From: Octopus vulgaris
Taxonomy: Eukaryota
DNA length: 64,000 bases
Assembly (NCBI GenBank): GCA_951406725.2
Contig: OX597832.1
Span: 14,756,001-14,820,000, forward strand
Direction: 5' to 3'
This document shows, piece after piece, positions 42,875-56,388 of this stretch. Position numbers and translations under genes: made by a program. Each line of letters opens with the position of its first letter. Positions within the stretch are counted from its first letter, which is position 1. Under the pieces are notes generated by a model. That model was not told where the DNA came from, did not search any database, and saw only the letters and a list, made by a program, of their open reading frames with translations.

Positions 42875-43749
42875 AAGAGAGTGAGAGGGAGAGAGAGAGA
42901 GAATGAAAGAGAGACAAAGAAATAAAGAAGTTTCATAGAGGTAGAAGTTAGAATGCTGAGGCTGACTTGTAGATTTATATAGAGAACGATATATCAATGT
43001 AAGAACACTATGAGAAGATTGTTTAAAGATTTATATTATGATAAATATTTAATGTGCTTATTCCATCATTTTACCATGTGCATTCAATTTATAAAATATG
43101 CAATTGTCTAAGAGTGTAACCAACACAGGTGTAAGGTAAACAAATAGAATCAGAGGCTTATCTTAAAATTTGAAATATATTTTATTTTAAGAAATAACAA
43201 ATATCATAGGTAACATTCCGAAACTTTGATCAAAATGTTAAAACAAAGTTAGCGGTATTTGTCAATGCACCTATTATGATATTATGTACTGTATTTTTAA
43301 TGTATTTTGCAATCCATTTTAGTGCACATTAAATACATTTCTTGACAAATTACGGGTCTAATAGAGTTTCCCATCTCTCATTGAAACATTTCGTTTCATC
43401 TTTTTTATTTCATACTTATGTCCATATTTGCCGTTTAAAATATTTCACTAAGTCGAAACACGTTAATTTCATATCACTAGTATTTCAGAGAAACAATAAA
43501 GTGATTTGTAATGCTTAACTTAAAACTAAGACATATATATAATGAAGTAGATATAGGAAATTTCTAAGGTTTCAAGAGTCTTCAATAGCTATACAGATAC
43601 AACCAGCAACATAGTTTTCACGCGACCGTTCAGACCCACACGCTCGTGAACGCACGTCTATTTATTCATAGATTTGTATACGTCAAACGCACACTTATCT
43701 CATGTTAGAGGACAGATATGCAAATATATAAGGATATATATATATAAAG

Positions 43750-44082
43750 AGTAAAGACCCCCTTTGGGTCATGAATGTCCACTGGATGTATATATAATGT
43801 TCCCCTTCAAATAAGAAGTCCTGGCAAATTCGTTTACGGAATACAGCTTCTCGCCCATGTATAACAGCCTTCGATCTCCACAACAAAGTAATACAAAGGA
43901 AGGGCAAAGGTCGATAGATGTTGACCCAGAAAAATCGTGATTCATTTCTACAGCTCATTGAACTGGAGCAACATGAAATGAAGTGTCTTGCTCAAGAATA
44001 CAACATAGAGCCCTCTCCATAATGAAACTCATACCTCATGACTGTGAGAGCGACGCTCTAACCACTAAGCCAGAGGCCTTCA
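43750..44082 (-). mobile_element. tRNA-derived SINE with CORE-like body (family A related)
   Basis: Reverse complement tgaaggcctctggcttagtggttagagcgtcg...tgttgtattcttgagcaagacacttcatttc; related to 50400-50636. Confidence 0.75.
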
Positions 44083-44088
44083 ATCTAA

Positions 44089-44145
<57 letters not shown>

Positions 44146-45095
44146 ATTGATAAAGATGACAACAAACTTTAAGGCAAGGCAAACATCTCACATCATACAC
44201 ATTATTATCATTGGAAAAAATTGGAAGCCGTACAACTGTTTCTAGGATATTCCGTCAACAGAGAAAAATAAGGAAAATGAAAATATAGATTAATGAAATG
44301 GCGACAAAGATGACAGGAGTCCAAGAATAAGGAGATGAAGAGAGAGAAGAAAAAAGATGCTTAAATGTTCAGAGTTCAAAGTTCCGATGTTGTAGAAAAA
44401 CGTCCATAAGTAATTCGGTGCAATCCTGCGTAGATCCATGTGGATTAATGTCCTGATATTATAAACATCCCAAAAAGAAAGCGAATATATCAATGTTCAA
44501 TAAGAGAATGGTGGCAGAGGTGGCTATTAAGTGGTAAGAGGAAATAAAAGTAATTTAATAGAAAGAGAGGTAGATAGAGTGAGGGGGAAAGTTAAGGATT
44601 AGGTTTAGTATAAAGTAAGGAATATAGGCTTATAGTGTCTAAGAATATATTGTACCAAACTAGCTGAGAAGATAAGACAGAGAAAGAGTAGGTAAAAAAG
44701 GTAGGAGAGAGGAGCCGGGGGTATAGGAAGATAATGTAAAAAAGTATACAAGACATATCAAAATGAAAGGAATTTAAAGAGAACAGTAGATGTCAGTTAT
44801 ATTCTTATAGCCTAAAGGGTTTGGTGAGGAAATATAGTAGTAAATGCTTATGTCGCTCCTGGCTAAGGTCGGTAGATGCAGAGTTACTTAGCAATGTGTT
44901 TATGGGTGTGTAGGTAGTCAAGAATAGAGGAACCATTTCAATGAGTTCAATATGAGAGCATACATCGGGATAACGCTTCAAACTAAATTAAAGATAGATA
45001 AAATAATTAATATTTATCTCGTAAAGTGACGAGGTAGATAGAAGAAATATAAGAGATACGTTTGAGAGAGCTCAACCTCCATACATTCTACATAT

Positions 45096-45159
<64 letters not shown>

Positions 45160-45297
45160 TATACATACAGATATATAATATGTATATGTATATATCTACA
45201 TATATATGTGTGTATATATATATGTATATATATGTATATCTATATATAGAGAGATTTATATATATGCATATGTATGTATGTATATATATAAATATAC

Positions 45298-45420
45298 TTT
45301 ATTTAAAGCAGCAGAAAATTCAACAAAACCTGTTACTCTGAGTTTCCCGTTGCCGTTCATCGGGAAGTTTTTTACGTTTTTTTTCCACCTTGTTTCACAT
45401 TTATGTGTTTACTCCGGTAT
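45298..45420 (-). mobile_element. HHR family H2 element, single-arm copy in (TA)n
   Basis: 45298-45363 matches 21180-21244, and 45378-45420 is the reverse complement of 21104-21146. Confidence 0.85.
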
Positions 45421-45436
45421 ATATATATATATATAT

Positions 45437-45485
<49 letters not shown>

Positions 45486-46894
45486 CACCCCTTCCCTAAA
45501 CGTGAAATCTGAAGACACCTAGTAAGCAAGCTTCAAGCACAGAAGAAATGAGCTCCAATGTGGAACTACCTCAGCACAGAAATATAACAACGCCATGCCC
45601 CAAACAAAACCAAAATAATGGAGACAAATTGACCAAACATCACTTTGCCCAGAAGATAAATCCAAGGATGACAAATATCCAAAACTTTCCACTCAAAAGT
45701 AACGTCCGTCGATTCTTTATTTTATTAAGGTAAAATCACGAGAATCTTCTTGAAACAAATAACAGAGCTTTCTTTTCAAAATGGAGGCGAACACCTTTCT
45801 CCTTTTCATAGAGTTCAAAAATTGCTAAGCCACTCGGAATCTTCCTACTTTTCTTAACATGCAAACGATAGTAGTCACAGTTCAAAACTAAACATATTAT
45901 ATGCTGTGCTGAGCTCTCATTTTCATCGTTCGACATTTAGGTATATAAATATGTATATAGTCAATTGAAATAAACGAATGATAATATTATTTGAATTAAA
46001 TTAACGGAAAACAAGAGGACCTCTACAACGAATGTTTCAGCTTGACGATCGGTAAAAAGAGTTTCACGTTAAAAACCATAGTTCATCATCAGAAAAGAGG
46101 AAAGGAAATGTCCTAAGAAGGAAAAGCAATCGCCAACTGTACGTGTGTAGTTACATTGTTCAAGTGACGAGTATGTACGTGCGTAGGGGCAAAAATTTCC
46201 GTTATTTTTAAATTAAGTTCAAGATTTATTGATCATATGGGTTGAACAAGTCTGTAATATGACGTTGGTTTCAGCTCAAAGATTTTCTATGACTTCGAAT
46301 TTTCCAGATTACTGAATTTAAACGGTGTGAATGAATCTCACACCTCAATATTTGAGTTATTTCTTCGATTTTGTTATCTAATTTTTATTGCACCCTTTTG
46401 CTTTTAACAGACCTCATACTAGAGTAGTGCATATAGATTCAACGTAACCTAATATAAATTATTCCATACTTTATACTATACATTCTACAGCTTTATTATT
46501 TATACATTAACAATACCAGCAACAAAATACACGTTTCCACCGTAAAGTCTAGAAAAGCTATAAAAGCAGGATGTTATTTATGGTGCTTAAATCTAAATAA
46601 ATGATAAACGAAATTAGAGCTGTCTATTAAAATCCTTTAATCTATATATTTTTTGAAGACTTTATTACACAGGCTGGAAATAAAATTTTATGAATGATCG
46701 CAGTGTGAATATCAATCTATAAAATCCGATGTACCTACGCAATTATACCCATTTCGGTAATAAAATATCACTGATACTTATATATCTGACAGCAATGATA
46801 TATTACATATTTGAATATATATTCTATAAATAAGTAAATGTAAAAGCTACAGGTAGTTTCAATACATGTAATAGACAAATATTTCATAACTTCG

Positions 46895-47147
46895 CCGTTC
46901 CTGTCATTAATCTGCGACAATGCTGGAGACCCACCATGATGAACTGTTAGTCGAATGAATCACCACCTGTATATATTTGCTTTTGTTAAGCCTGGTATTT
47001 AGTCTGTTAATCTCTTTTGCCGAATTTTTAAGTAACGGTGATGTAAACATATCAACACAGAGACACAAAGCACGACAAAAATATATATCAGAGGCGCCCC
47101 GCCATACACGCACACATATACATACATGCATACATACATACACACAC

Positions 47148-47199
<52 letters not shown>

Positions 47200-47431
47200 C
47201 GGGAAGCTTTATGAAAATAAACAAAAGACGAAGGCAGGTGGAATACAAACAAACAATTGTATTAGTATGGCGCTCAGGAATATAAATAAAACAAGTCTTT
47301 TACGTTTCGAGCCTACGCTCTTCAACAGAAAGATACACAGAAAAGAAACACGGAGAGAAACAAGGAGAGAAAAAAGGAGAGAAAAAAGGGGAGAGAAAAT
47401 AATGCGTGCAGAGGCTAGCGAATCAACATGG

Positions 47432-47520
<89 letters not shown>

Positions 47521-47688
47521 TACGAAACTCTACTTTCAGGTTCCGTCTATCAAATCCACTAAGCAGCCTTTGGTGGGTGACAGGTAAGAGTAGAAGATAT
47601 CTAACCAAACTATCCATACTGTGGAACAGAAACCTAGACCGTTTAGTTGAGAAGGATCCTTCTTGCTTTACTGCCACGCCCGAGCCTA
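46895..47688 (-). mobile_element. SINE family B interrupted by an H1 element
   Basis: The two halves (46895-47100 and 47520-47688) are colinear with 1222-1640. Confidence 0.75.
47199..47433 (-). mobile_element. HHR family H1 element inserted in (TA)n
   Basis: Near-identical reverse complement of 51820-52042, with (TA)n on both sides. HHR motif at 47296-47333. Confidence 0.85.
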
Positions 47689-47914
47689 TATCTGTGAAAA
47701 ATTGGGGTGAGATGAATATGAGCAATAGACGCGTATTAGAGTGACGAAATTAATCACAACATAAGCAGCAAGCGACGTAGTAAACTTAGGTGTTGAAATA
47801 CGTAAGTATTCCAAATCATATAGCGGACGAAAATACTTACTTATACAAATATACTAATATATGAATACGTACACATACATGCATAGAAATATATATACAT
47901 ACACACACATATAG

Positions 47915-47945
<31 letters not shown>

Positions 47946-48025
47946 CATACATATATATAAAAAATTGTGCGTAATGATATAAAAAACCAAGGCTGTATAG
48001 ATATTAAAGCACTTATGGATAGAAG

Positions 48026-48077
48026 GTCTAACAGCCGTTTCCAAGATTTTAATTAATAATGTCTCTTCATCGGAGAC
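48026..48077 (-). ncRNA. Minimal type-I hammerhead ribozyme (family H3)
   Basis: Minus strand: GUCU-CCGAUGA-a-GAGA-loop-UCUU-g-GAA-ACGGCUGU-U-AGAC. Helix I is GUCU/AGAC and helix III is near-palindromic. Confidence 0.65.
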
Positions 48078-48338
48078 GTGTAAGAGGAAAAATTAAGTCA
48101 TAGTTAGTTACGATGTGATACAAAACAGCGAGTATTTTGGAGGAAAGGAAGTAGATGTAAGATATGTACGGGTATAGAATTTGTAAATCCGTTTTATAGG
48201 CATAATTTTATATACCTGTAATATTCCAATTTCCTTTGAGTAAAATCCAGAAGTCCAAGTTTAATAAAAGTTTAATATACAACAAAGTAAATATAAATTA
48301 ATATATATCGACACATACGAATATTAAAAACAAAAATG

Positions 48339-48427
<89 letters not shown>

Positions 48428-48430
<3 letters not shown>

Positions 48431-48960
48431 TATTATAAAAGGCAGATTTTATCTGCCTCCCTTTGGGAGTTATAGAAATCTACAATATAGGATTTCTTCA
48501 ATTACAATTTACCTAGCATTTTTAAGAGTAGAATGCATCGGGTCATGTCAGGTCCAGTTTTTAAAATTTAAACTCCAATTAAGCAAAATTTACAGAAAAC
48601 TCACATTCTGGTGTGTATGTCAAATGCTTTTCTTAGTCTGGTTTACAGCACACGCAAACGCACACACACAGTGTGCAACGAATAAAATGAAAGTAAATAA
48701 CGACAGAGTGATTTGAGGAAGACTAAACTGAAAGTATTTAAACCACTACTCAAAAAATAAAGAAACACAGCAAACAGAAACAAATAAATACATAACGATT
48801 TACTCCTCACACAATTTCTTCAATTAGAGTGTACCCATGATTTTTCAGAGTACTTCAGTGGGTGATGCCATAAAAAATTTCTTTCAATTTTACCACCAAT
48901 TAAGACAAAATTCGAGAAAACTCAATATTTTAACATATCACTCCGAAAGCATTGATGTAC
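48428..48960 (+). mobile_element. Possible Helitron 5' segment
   Basis: Starts A^TCTTATTATAAAA followed by the hairpin aggcagattttatctgcct. No own CTAG end was seen. Confidence 0.4.
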
Positions 48961-49314
48961 ATGTGTGCGTGCGTGAGTGTGTGTGTGTCATTCCTCACAC
49001 ACACGCATACACATACATATACAACTACATACAACTACATACACATACAACTACATACAAACACGTGTGTGTTTGTTATTAGTAAAAAAGGCGCCAAATC
49101 ACAACTCACTTATCATTCCAACACATTTGCAAAGACACACGGACGGACAGAAAAGGTAAATTGGTTTTTATTTTACTCTGTATATATTTTATTACATAAT
49201 ATTATATATAGATATATGTATATATAATTACAGTATGAAACAGTGTTTATGTATAAACAGACGACACTTATATATAGTTATTATAATAAGAGATTAATAA
49301 ATGTATGCATCCGT

Positions 49315-49640
49315 TTAACCCTTTCGTTACCAAGCCGCCCGAATTTACCTATTCATATTTAAATGAGAATATCAGAGCAAATCTCGTTAGTACATTCGTG
49401 AAAACACGTACTATACTTCGTAAACACTTCAACTACAGTTTTGTACAAAAATCGAAGTGTAATTTTAATTCCGTGAATTATGGGAGATTTTTTTCGAAAT
49501 TTGTTCCTATTGTGTTTTCAAAATTTGTAATTCTGAAAAGAAATGGATACGAATTTCATTATATCAAGCAGCGAGTCAGAATTCGAAGGATTTTCTACTG
49601 AAGACCTTCATAAATCTAACTCTATGACTGAAAAAAAAAA
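49315..49640 (+). mobile_element. piggyBac-like left end (TTAA-CCCT...), truncated
   Basis: ttaaccctttcgttacc terminus and a short acidic peptide SSSESEFEGFS. No right TIR was found. Confidence 0.45.
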
Positions 49641-49643
49641 GCA

Positions 49644-50036
49644 TCTTTATATAAGAGTGAAGTTGTGTGTCTGTCTCCTACGATTTAGATTCCTAACTGC
49701 TCCCACATTTTGCGGTGCAGTTTAACCAAAAGCGGGTATCTTATAGTCGTGATTCATATCGAGCCCTTCTGGGTATTAGCGTGCGTCTACGATGAGTCTA
49801 CGATTTAAAAAAATTACCATCATATTTTTCCATTTTAATGCATTTTTTTCGCTTTTATATAAGGGAAGTAACTCTCTAAAAATATCTACGATGTGTCAAC
49901 GATTTAAAAAAAAAATTACCATAATTTTTTTTCAATTTTTAATGCATTTTTTTGCTATTTTTTGGCTATAACTCTCTAAAAATGCTTATATAGTTATTTC
50001 CCTTACAACCCGAGCAACGCCGGGCGATACTGCTAG
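49644..50036 (+). mobile_element. Non-autonomous Helitron
   Basis: 5' A^TC(tttatataa); 3' GC hairpin cccgagcaacgccggg (50009-50024) followed by CTAG^T. There is no TSD. It contains an internal ~98-bp tandem duplication (49786-49983). Confidence 0.85.
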
Positions 50037-50398
<362 letters not shown>

Positions 50399-50399
50399 G

Positions 50400-50636
50400 C
50401 GCCATTTTAAAGCCTAGCCAGGCTCGTGGGCCCGGTTTCTCGGATTCAATGGCCTATGTGTTCCCTCCTACTGGGCGGGACCCCAGTCCATCGCAGTGTT
50501 ACTCATTTCTGCCAGCTAAATGGAGTGGAGCATCGTGAAATGAAGTGTTTTGCTCAATAACATAACGCGTCACCTTATCCAAAATTCGGAACCACAATCT
50601 TACGATCATGATGCTGACACCCTAACAACTCAGCCA
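50400..50636 (-). mobile_element. tRNA-derived SINE (family A related)
   Basis: Reverse complement tggctgagttgttagggtgtcagc...gtggttccgaatt...ttgagcaaaacacttcatttcacg. Confidence 0.75.
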
Positions 50637-50640
50637 TTCA

Positions 50641-50753
<113 letters not shown>

Positions 50754-51270
50754 TATACATGTACATGTATGTATCTGTATACAAACAAACCATGGTGGAA
50801 ATGATAAACCTTCACATCTTCTGATAGATGTATCAAACAAAATATTTATTGTGCATCAAAAGATACCTTATAGTGCATCATAACTACACAAGAGAATGAT
50901 AACTGAAAGGAGCTGTCATTAATACCGCAGGATTCGAGGTTTTAATAATGCATCCAAGTTAAGTAGCTTATAGTGTCATTCTTTATTAATATTAATTCCG
51001 TCGCTAATGTTCATTTTTTTTACAAAGCCACTTTCATGTTTGCGACATCAGTTACATAAAAGTTTGTTATCCAGCAAGATTTGTCGTGGATATTGGCACC
51101 CACACGGTTGCTATGGAGCAAGCGCACTACGTAGAAAGAAAACATCTGGCAGCTTCAAAATCGATATATACATGATGTGTGTACGTATGTGTGTAGCCAA
51201 TATATAATTGTACATGTTTTTGTTCATGTATATGTTTTCATATATGCCTTGATATGCATACAAATTTATA

Positions 51271-51349
<79 letters not shown>

Positions 51350-51819
51350 TATATGTATGTATGTATGTGCGTGTGTGTGTTTGTGTGTATATGCATATAT
51401 CTATATATACATATATAGAGAAATATAAAAATATACTCAATCTCAATACAAGAACGCCTAAAGAAGGACAACCGGTTCGTACAAAATTACAGACCAAACC
51501 TCAATATACAAATATGACCAATTTAAAATTTATACTAAGTAGCCAGTTGTCCTCCCTGTGCTCTGTTTCCACCCTTGATTCACTCTCTAGACTCATTGTT
51601 ATTATTCAAGCATCCAAAATGACGAGACCTCTTTGTCACAAGATTTGATTACTGAAAATGTCCCTTGAAAAGCTAAGTTAAATAGCGAAAACCGGTTGGA
51701 TTTCTCGACAGGTATATATTTCTAAAAAAGGTATTATACTATATGAAACGAAGCCATTTGTCTTCCCCATTTTATATTTGTTTTCTACATATTTTCAGCA
51801 ATATATATATATATATATA

Positions 51820-52041
51820 TGCTGATTCGCTAGCTTCTGCACGCATGCTAGCTTCTGCACGCATTTTTTTCTCTCCTTGTTTCTCTCCGTGTTTCTTTTC
51901 TGTGTATCTTTCTGTTGAAGAGCGTAGGCTCGAAACGTAAAAGACTTGTTTTGTTTATATTCATGACCGCCATACTAATACAATTGTTTGTTTGTATTCC
52001 ACTCGCCTTCGTCTTTTGTTTATTTTCATTAAGCTTCCCGT

Positions 52042-52042
<1 letters not shown>
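51820..52042 (+). mobile_element. HHR family H1 element inserted in (TA)n
   Basis: Copy of 47199-47433 in the opposite orientation, with a local 18-bp tandem duplication gctagcttctgcacgcat. Confidence 0.85.
51907..51944 (+). ncRNA. Minimal type-I hammerhead ribozyme with variant core CUGUUGA
   Basis: UCUUU-CUGUUGA-a-GAGC-guag-GCUC-GAA-ACGU-A-AAAGA: helix I, helix II, loop-less palindromic helix III and a GUA site. Identical motif at 47296-47333 (-). Confidence 0.75.
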
Positions 52043-52120
<78 letters not shown>

Positions 52121-53267
52121 TTATGAATTTATATATGCATGTGTATGTATATATAAAGTGAGAGAGACACTGAGAGAGTGTGATGTGTATGCTTTATATT
52201 TACGGGCATTACCACTCTCATATCCCTATATATGTGTATATATATGTTGAAAGGAGTATATATATATAATTAAGATTCAATGTAATTAGGTGCTTACATG
52301 CGACACCATATTCTACTATGCTTTATACTTATCCTTCTGTAATGAAGTAAATAATTCTTGTAATTGCCTTGATATTTACTGTCTACTTCTACTCATATGA
52401 AAATTTAATTCAGTTATACTTTCATTATGGAATGTTCTTTCATGACATTTTTTAATAATTTGTTTAAGAAAAAAATTATTACTTACTTTTATATATCGTA
52501 TCCTATTATTAGGTTTAATTATTCTCCTTATACTATATATTGATTTAAATATTCTCAATTTAATAAAAATAAATTTCAAAGTTTTAAATTACTACCTCTT
52601 CCATCTTTCAATTCCAATTTCCCCCGCTAAGGTTTATATTACTTATCCCGTTTGTTTTTTCATTATATTCTCATTTATACTGCAATCTAAATAAATATTG
52701 GCCACACCTACCTTTCTTTCATCCAGTGATCACCACTTCACCAACAGTCATTGTCTTACCAGCAAAACTTCTATATACTATTTTATATATGTCTCAACCT
52801 AGATATATAGTGACAGTAAATCGAGAGTCTAGTAGATTGTCTGACTTGAATAGATTTATCCACATCAACTTGAATACAGTTGACAGTTCACTAGGGATTT
52901 AATTCTAAATGGTTGAATACTACATGCTTCGTAAAAATCTTCTATGTATAAGTATGTACAACACCACCACATTTATCACGACACTCACCGCTTCTTCTAT
53001 TCTCTATAGTATAGTAAAGAAGGTATGCATAAATTTCTAAACAGCTTCTGCCACAGATATAATATCAGGAATCAAAGTAACTATCCTGGTTTCTATTAGT
53101 GAGGTAAATTTATTTATGATAATTGTTTATCTTTCCTTTATGTTTGATGCCTATGCGGTCATCTGAAAAGAACGGTTTCTTTAGAATTGATATAATGGTC
53201 TCATTAATGAATTAAATGCAGCCGCTTGAAATGTCCGCAATGAAATGACAACTGTACATATTTATCA

Positions 53268-53325
<58 letters not shown>

Positions 53326-54841
53326 CTAACTTACATACGCATTTACCTAACCCTGTTTGTGCGTGTGCGAATGCAAATTTAATATTGTAATATCGAGTAA
53401 ATTTAAATATTCATGAATAAATCGTTTCTGCAGTATTATTTAGGGAGCAGAAGCCAATAGTACTCTTATGTCCTGTAGATTTAACAATGAATTTGGAACT
53501 TCTTTGCTTTAAAATGTGCAAACACGGGTCAGTGGTTTGCATGAAAATATTTGTAAATGCCTACTGACATATCTATTTGATTTTCTTTACGTGCGTTTTG
53601 CATTGAGATTTCCATGTATTATTTTCTAAATGGCATAGGCTATCAATAACATGGAGTTGCATCGTCTGTATTTTTCATCTGTATTTGACAGACATTCACA
53701 AAATGACAAATCACCCAAGCATTATACATTCCTTTGAAAATCATATAAAATGCAGGCAACATATAAAAAATAAAGCAGAAAAAGTGAACAATTCCTTTAT
53801 TACTCTAAAATATTCATAGATTTATCTGTAGAATCTCTTCGGCAGTCAATTAACGTTACCTCAGATCTCACAACCCATCAATATTAACAAGAGGATTATA
53901 AAACAGCATTGTCCTTATTAAAAAAAAAAAAACAACATTAAAAAATTTTATTCATTCTTTTAATCCTTCCGTAATCATCCATAAACAGGAAGAGAGAAAA
54001 CAATACCATTCAAAGGAGGATTATATATGATAACGGATTTGGCCATGAACTAAAAGCATATCATTAAAAATAATAAAATACAAAAACAGAATAAAATATG
54101 ATACGCTGAGGAAGCTACATGATCTTCCATATCGAAACTTACCTCTAATGCCATATTTTGGTACAACATATGTGGAATTCCTGAGATCAGAGTATCAGAG
54201 TTTAGTCTGTGTTACACCACAAACTCGCCTTTTAACATTTCTATTTCTGCTTTTATACATAAGCAAAATTTATTTATATAGCATATTTGAATTGTATGAT
54301 AATGGTTTGTAATTTGTTCACATCATTCTAACATAAGCTTATATAAAATATATGTAATGACAGTGTTGTTGATATATAATAGAACATTTTGAAACAAGGA
54401 ATAAACAAACTGTTAACTCTATGCATGTTATAGAGACACCTACCGATATATATATGACGTATTAAAACACTGTGCGACAGGTAAAGCATAACCAGATTTG
54501 AAGGCTTAAATACTATACGTGATCAGAGATTTTAAATATATGCAATGAGATTGTTGTTCATATATAATACATCATTTTAAATCAAATTCAATTAAACACT
54601 TAGTAATATTGATGATTCTACTTAAATAATCATTAAAAAATACTATTATTTTAGGAAATATTATGGGGTACGTAGTCGAAGTGCAGATTTACATATATTT
54701 AATAATGAAAGAATACTCGAATTTATATTATAGAATGTTTCAAGTCTTCACATTCGTGACATAAATAATTTAAGTTTACTTACATTGATGACGGTAATTT
54801 TGGGGGTTTGAAATAGCGGAACATCGAACAATATACACGTG

Positions 54842-54875
<34 letters not shown>

Positions 54876-56059
54876 GCTCTACATAGACAAATGTACTTTG
54901 TAACTGCACCGATTGTTAACCGTTGAAGTTGCTACCCGGTGCATTTTCTTAAGCGCCTTTACATAATAAACGTTCATTTAACTGTTTAAATTGTTGGTCT
55001 ATCTACCCTGAGTTATTCGTTACTTTAGAGGTGATTCGTCTCCATTTCAATTCTTGATTGGATAATCACTTATAGTCCATTATTTCAAAACGATCTGTCG
55101 TTTAAATATTTATCAAATATTTATCCTGGGCAAATGTAAATTTTCATATGTGCAAGCATCTCAAAGCTTGTTCCTTTCCAGAATTTTTACATTACATATA
55201 GATGTAAAAAATTGGTAAAATTCTCCGAAACGTAACACACATTTATTATTTCCAGGCCTTTATTTTTTGTAGAACAAATTAATTATTAATTGATAGCATA
55301 GTCTATGTTTCTGTCTTTAATAGTCCTGATTAATGTTCAAAAACTTGCTTGGAATCATTTAATTTTATCTCTAATTACACTCAAATCATTTGTTTGTCTT
55401 CTCTTGAAAATTAACAATGTCGCACCTATGTAAAATTATATGTATATGTATACATGTATATATTCGCAAATTAAGATACTAAAGGGTTATGGAGTTTGGA
55501 GGATTACAATGCTCTCCGTTAAACGTGAACTGACAGAAATACTTATGTTAGAGTAATAATGTTATCGGAATATAATATTTCAATGCATATTTGTATCTGA
55601 ACCGAACTGCATAGCAAAATTCAGGCAAATTTAAAACGGAATAGTTAGGTGATTAACTATTGAATTGACATACTAAGTTAAATTTCATGAATGCATTGAC
55701 ATGATGGGAATCTCTTCCTAACCTAAGTTAAATAGCTGGAATAGTAAACAGGACAAAAGATGGCATGGAGACATCAAACAGTAAGACGAGTAATACAAAA
55801 TTATTCATGAAGAGTTTCATCTTAAGGCAAATTTTATTCATTTAATAAGAGAGTAAAAATTGAAAAGCCAGGAGATATTAGCATATCTGGCTGCAAGTTT
55901 AGAAAACGGAAGTTATACTTAGATATACAGCAATTTTATCTTTATTTTATAAACTGATGAGAGGAATGTATATAAAAAAAAGTATAAATTTTGTAATAAA
56001 TGAGCTGAATATCAAGAATCGCATCGCAAGACTGCGAAAAGCCATAACGCATAGTAAAA

Positions 56060-56320
56060 CGAATGATGATGACGATGATGATTAAGAGGAGGAGGAGGGC
56101 GATGACGAGAAGGAGGGGAATAGGAGGAGGAGAAGAAGAGGAAAAAGAAATAGAAGAAGTAGAAGATGGATGGTGAAGAATATGATGAAGTGGAAGGAGA
56201 AATAGAAGTTGGATGGTGAAGAATATGATGAAGAAGAAGAACAACAAAAAATAAAAGAAGCAGTAGAAGAAGTTAGATGGTGAAGAATATGATGATGAAG
56301 AAGAAGAAATAGAAGAAATA

Positions 56321-56363
<43 letters not shown>

Positions 56364-56388
56364 GTGAAGAAGAAGAAGAAGAAGAAAA
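56060..56388. repeat. Purine-rich (GAA/GGA/GAT)n tract with an embedded thrice-repeated unit
   Basis: gatggtgaagaatatgatga at ~56169, ~56212 and ~56276. Confidence 0.9.

Noticed and set aside
46020-46100. Minus-strand ctgatga followed by two gaaac motifs
   Set aside because: No convincing helices could be formed by eye.
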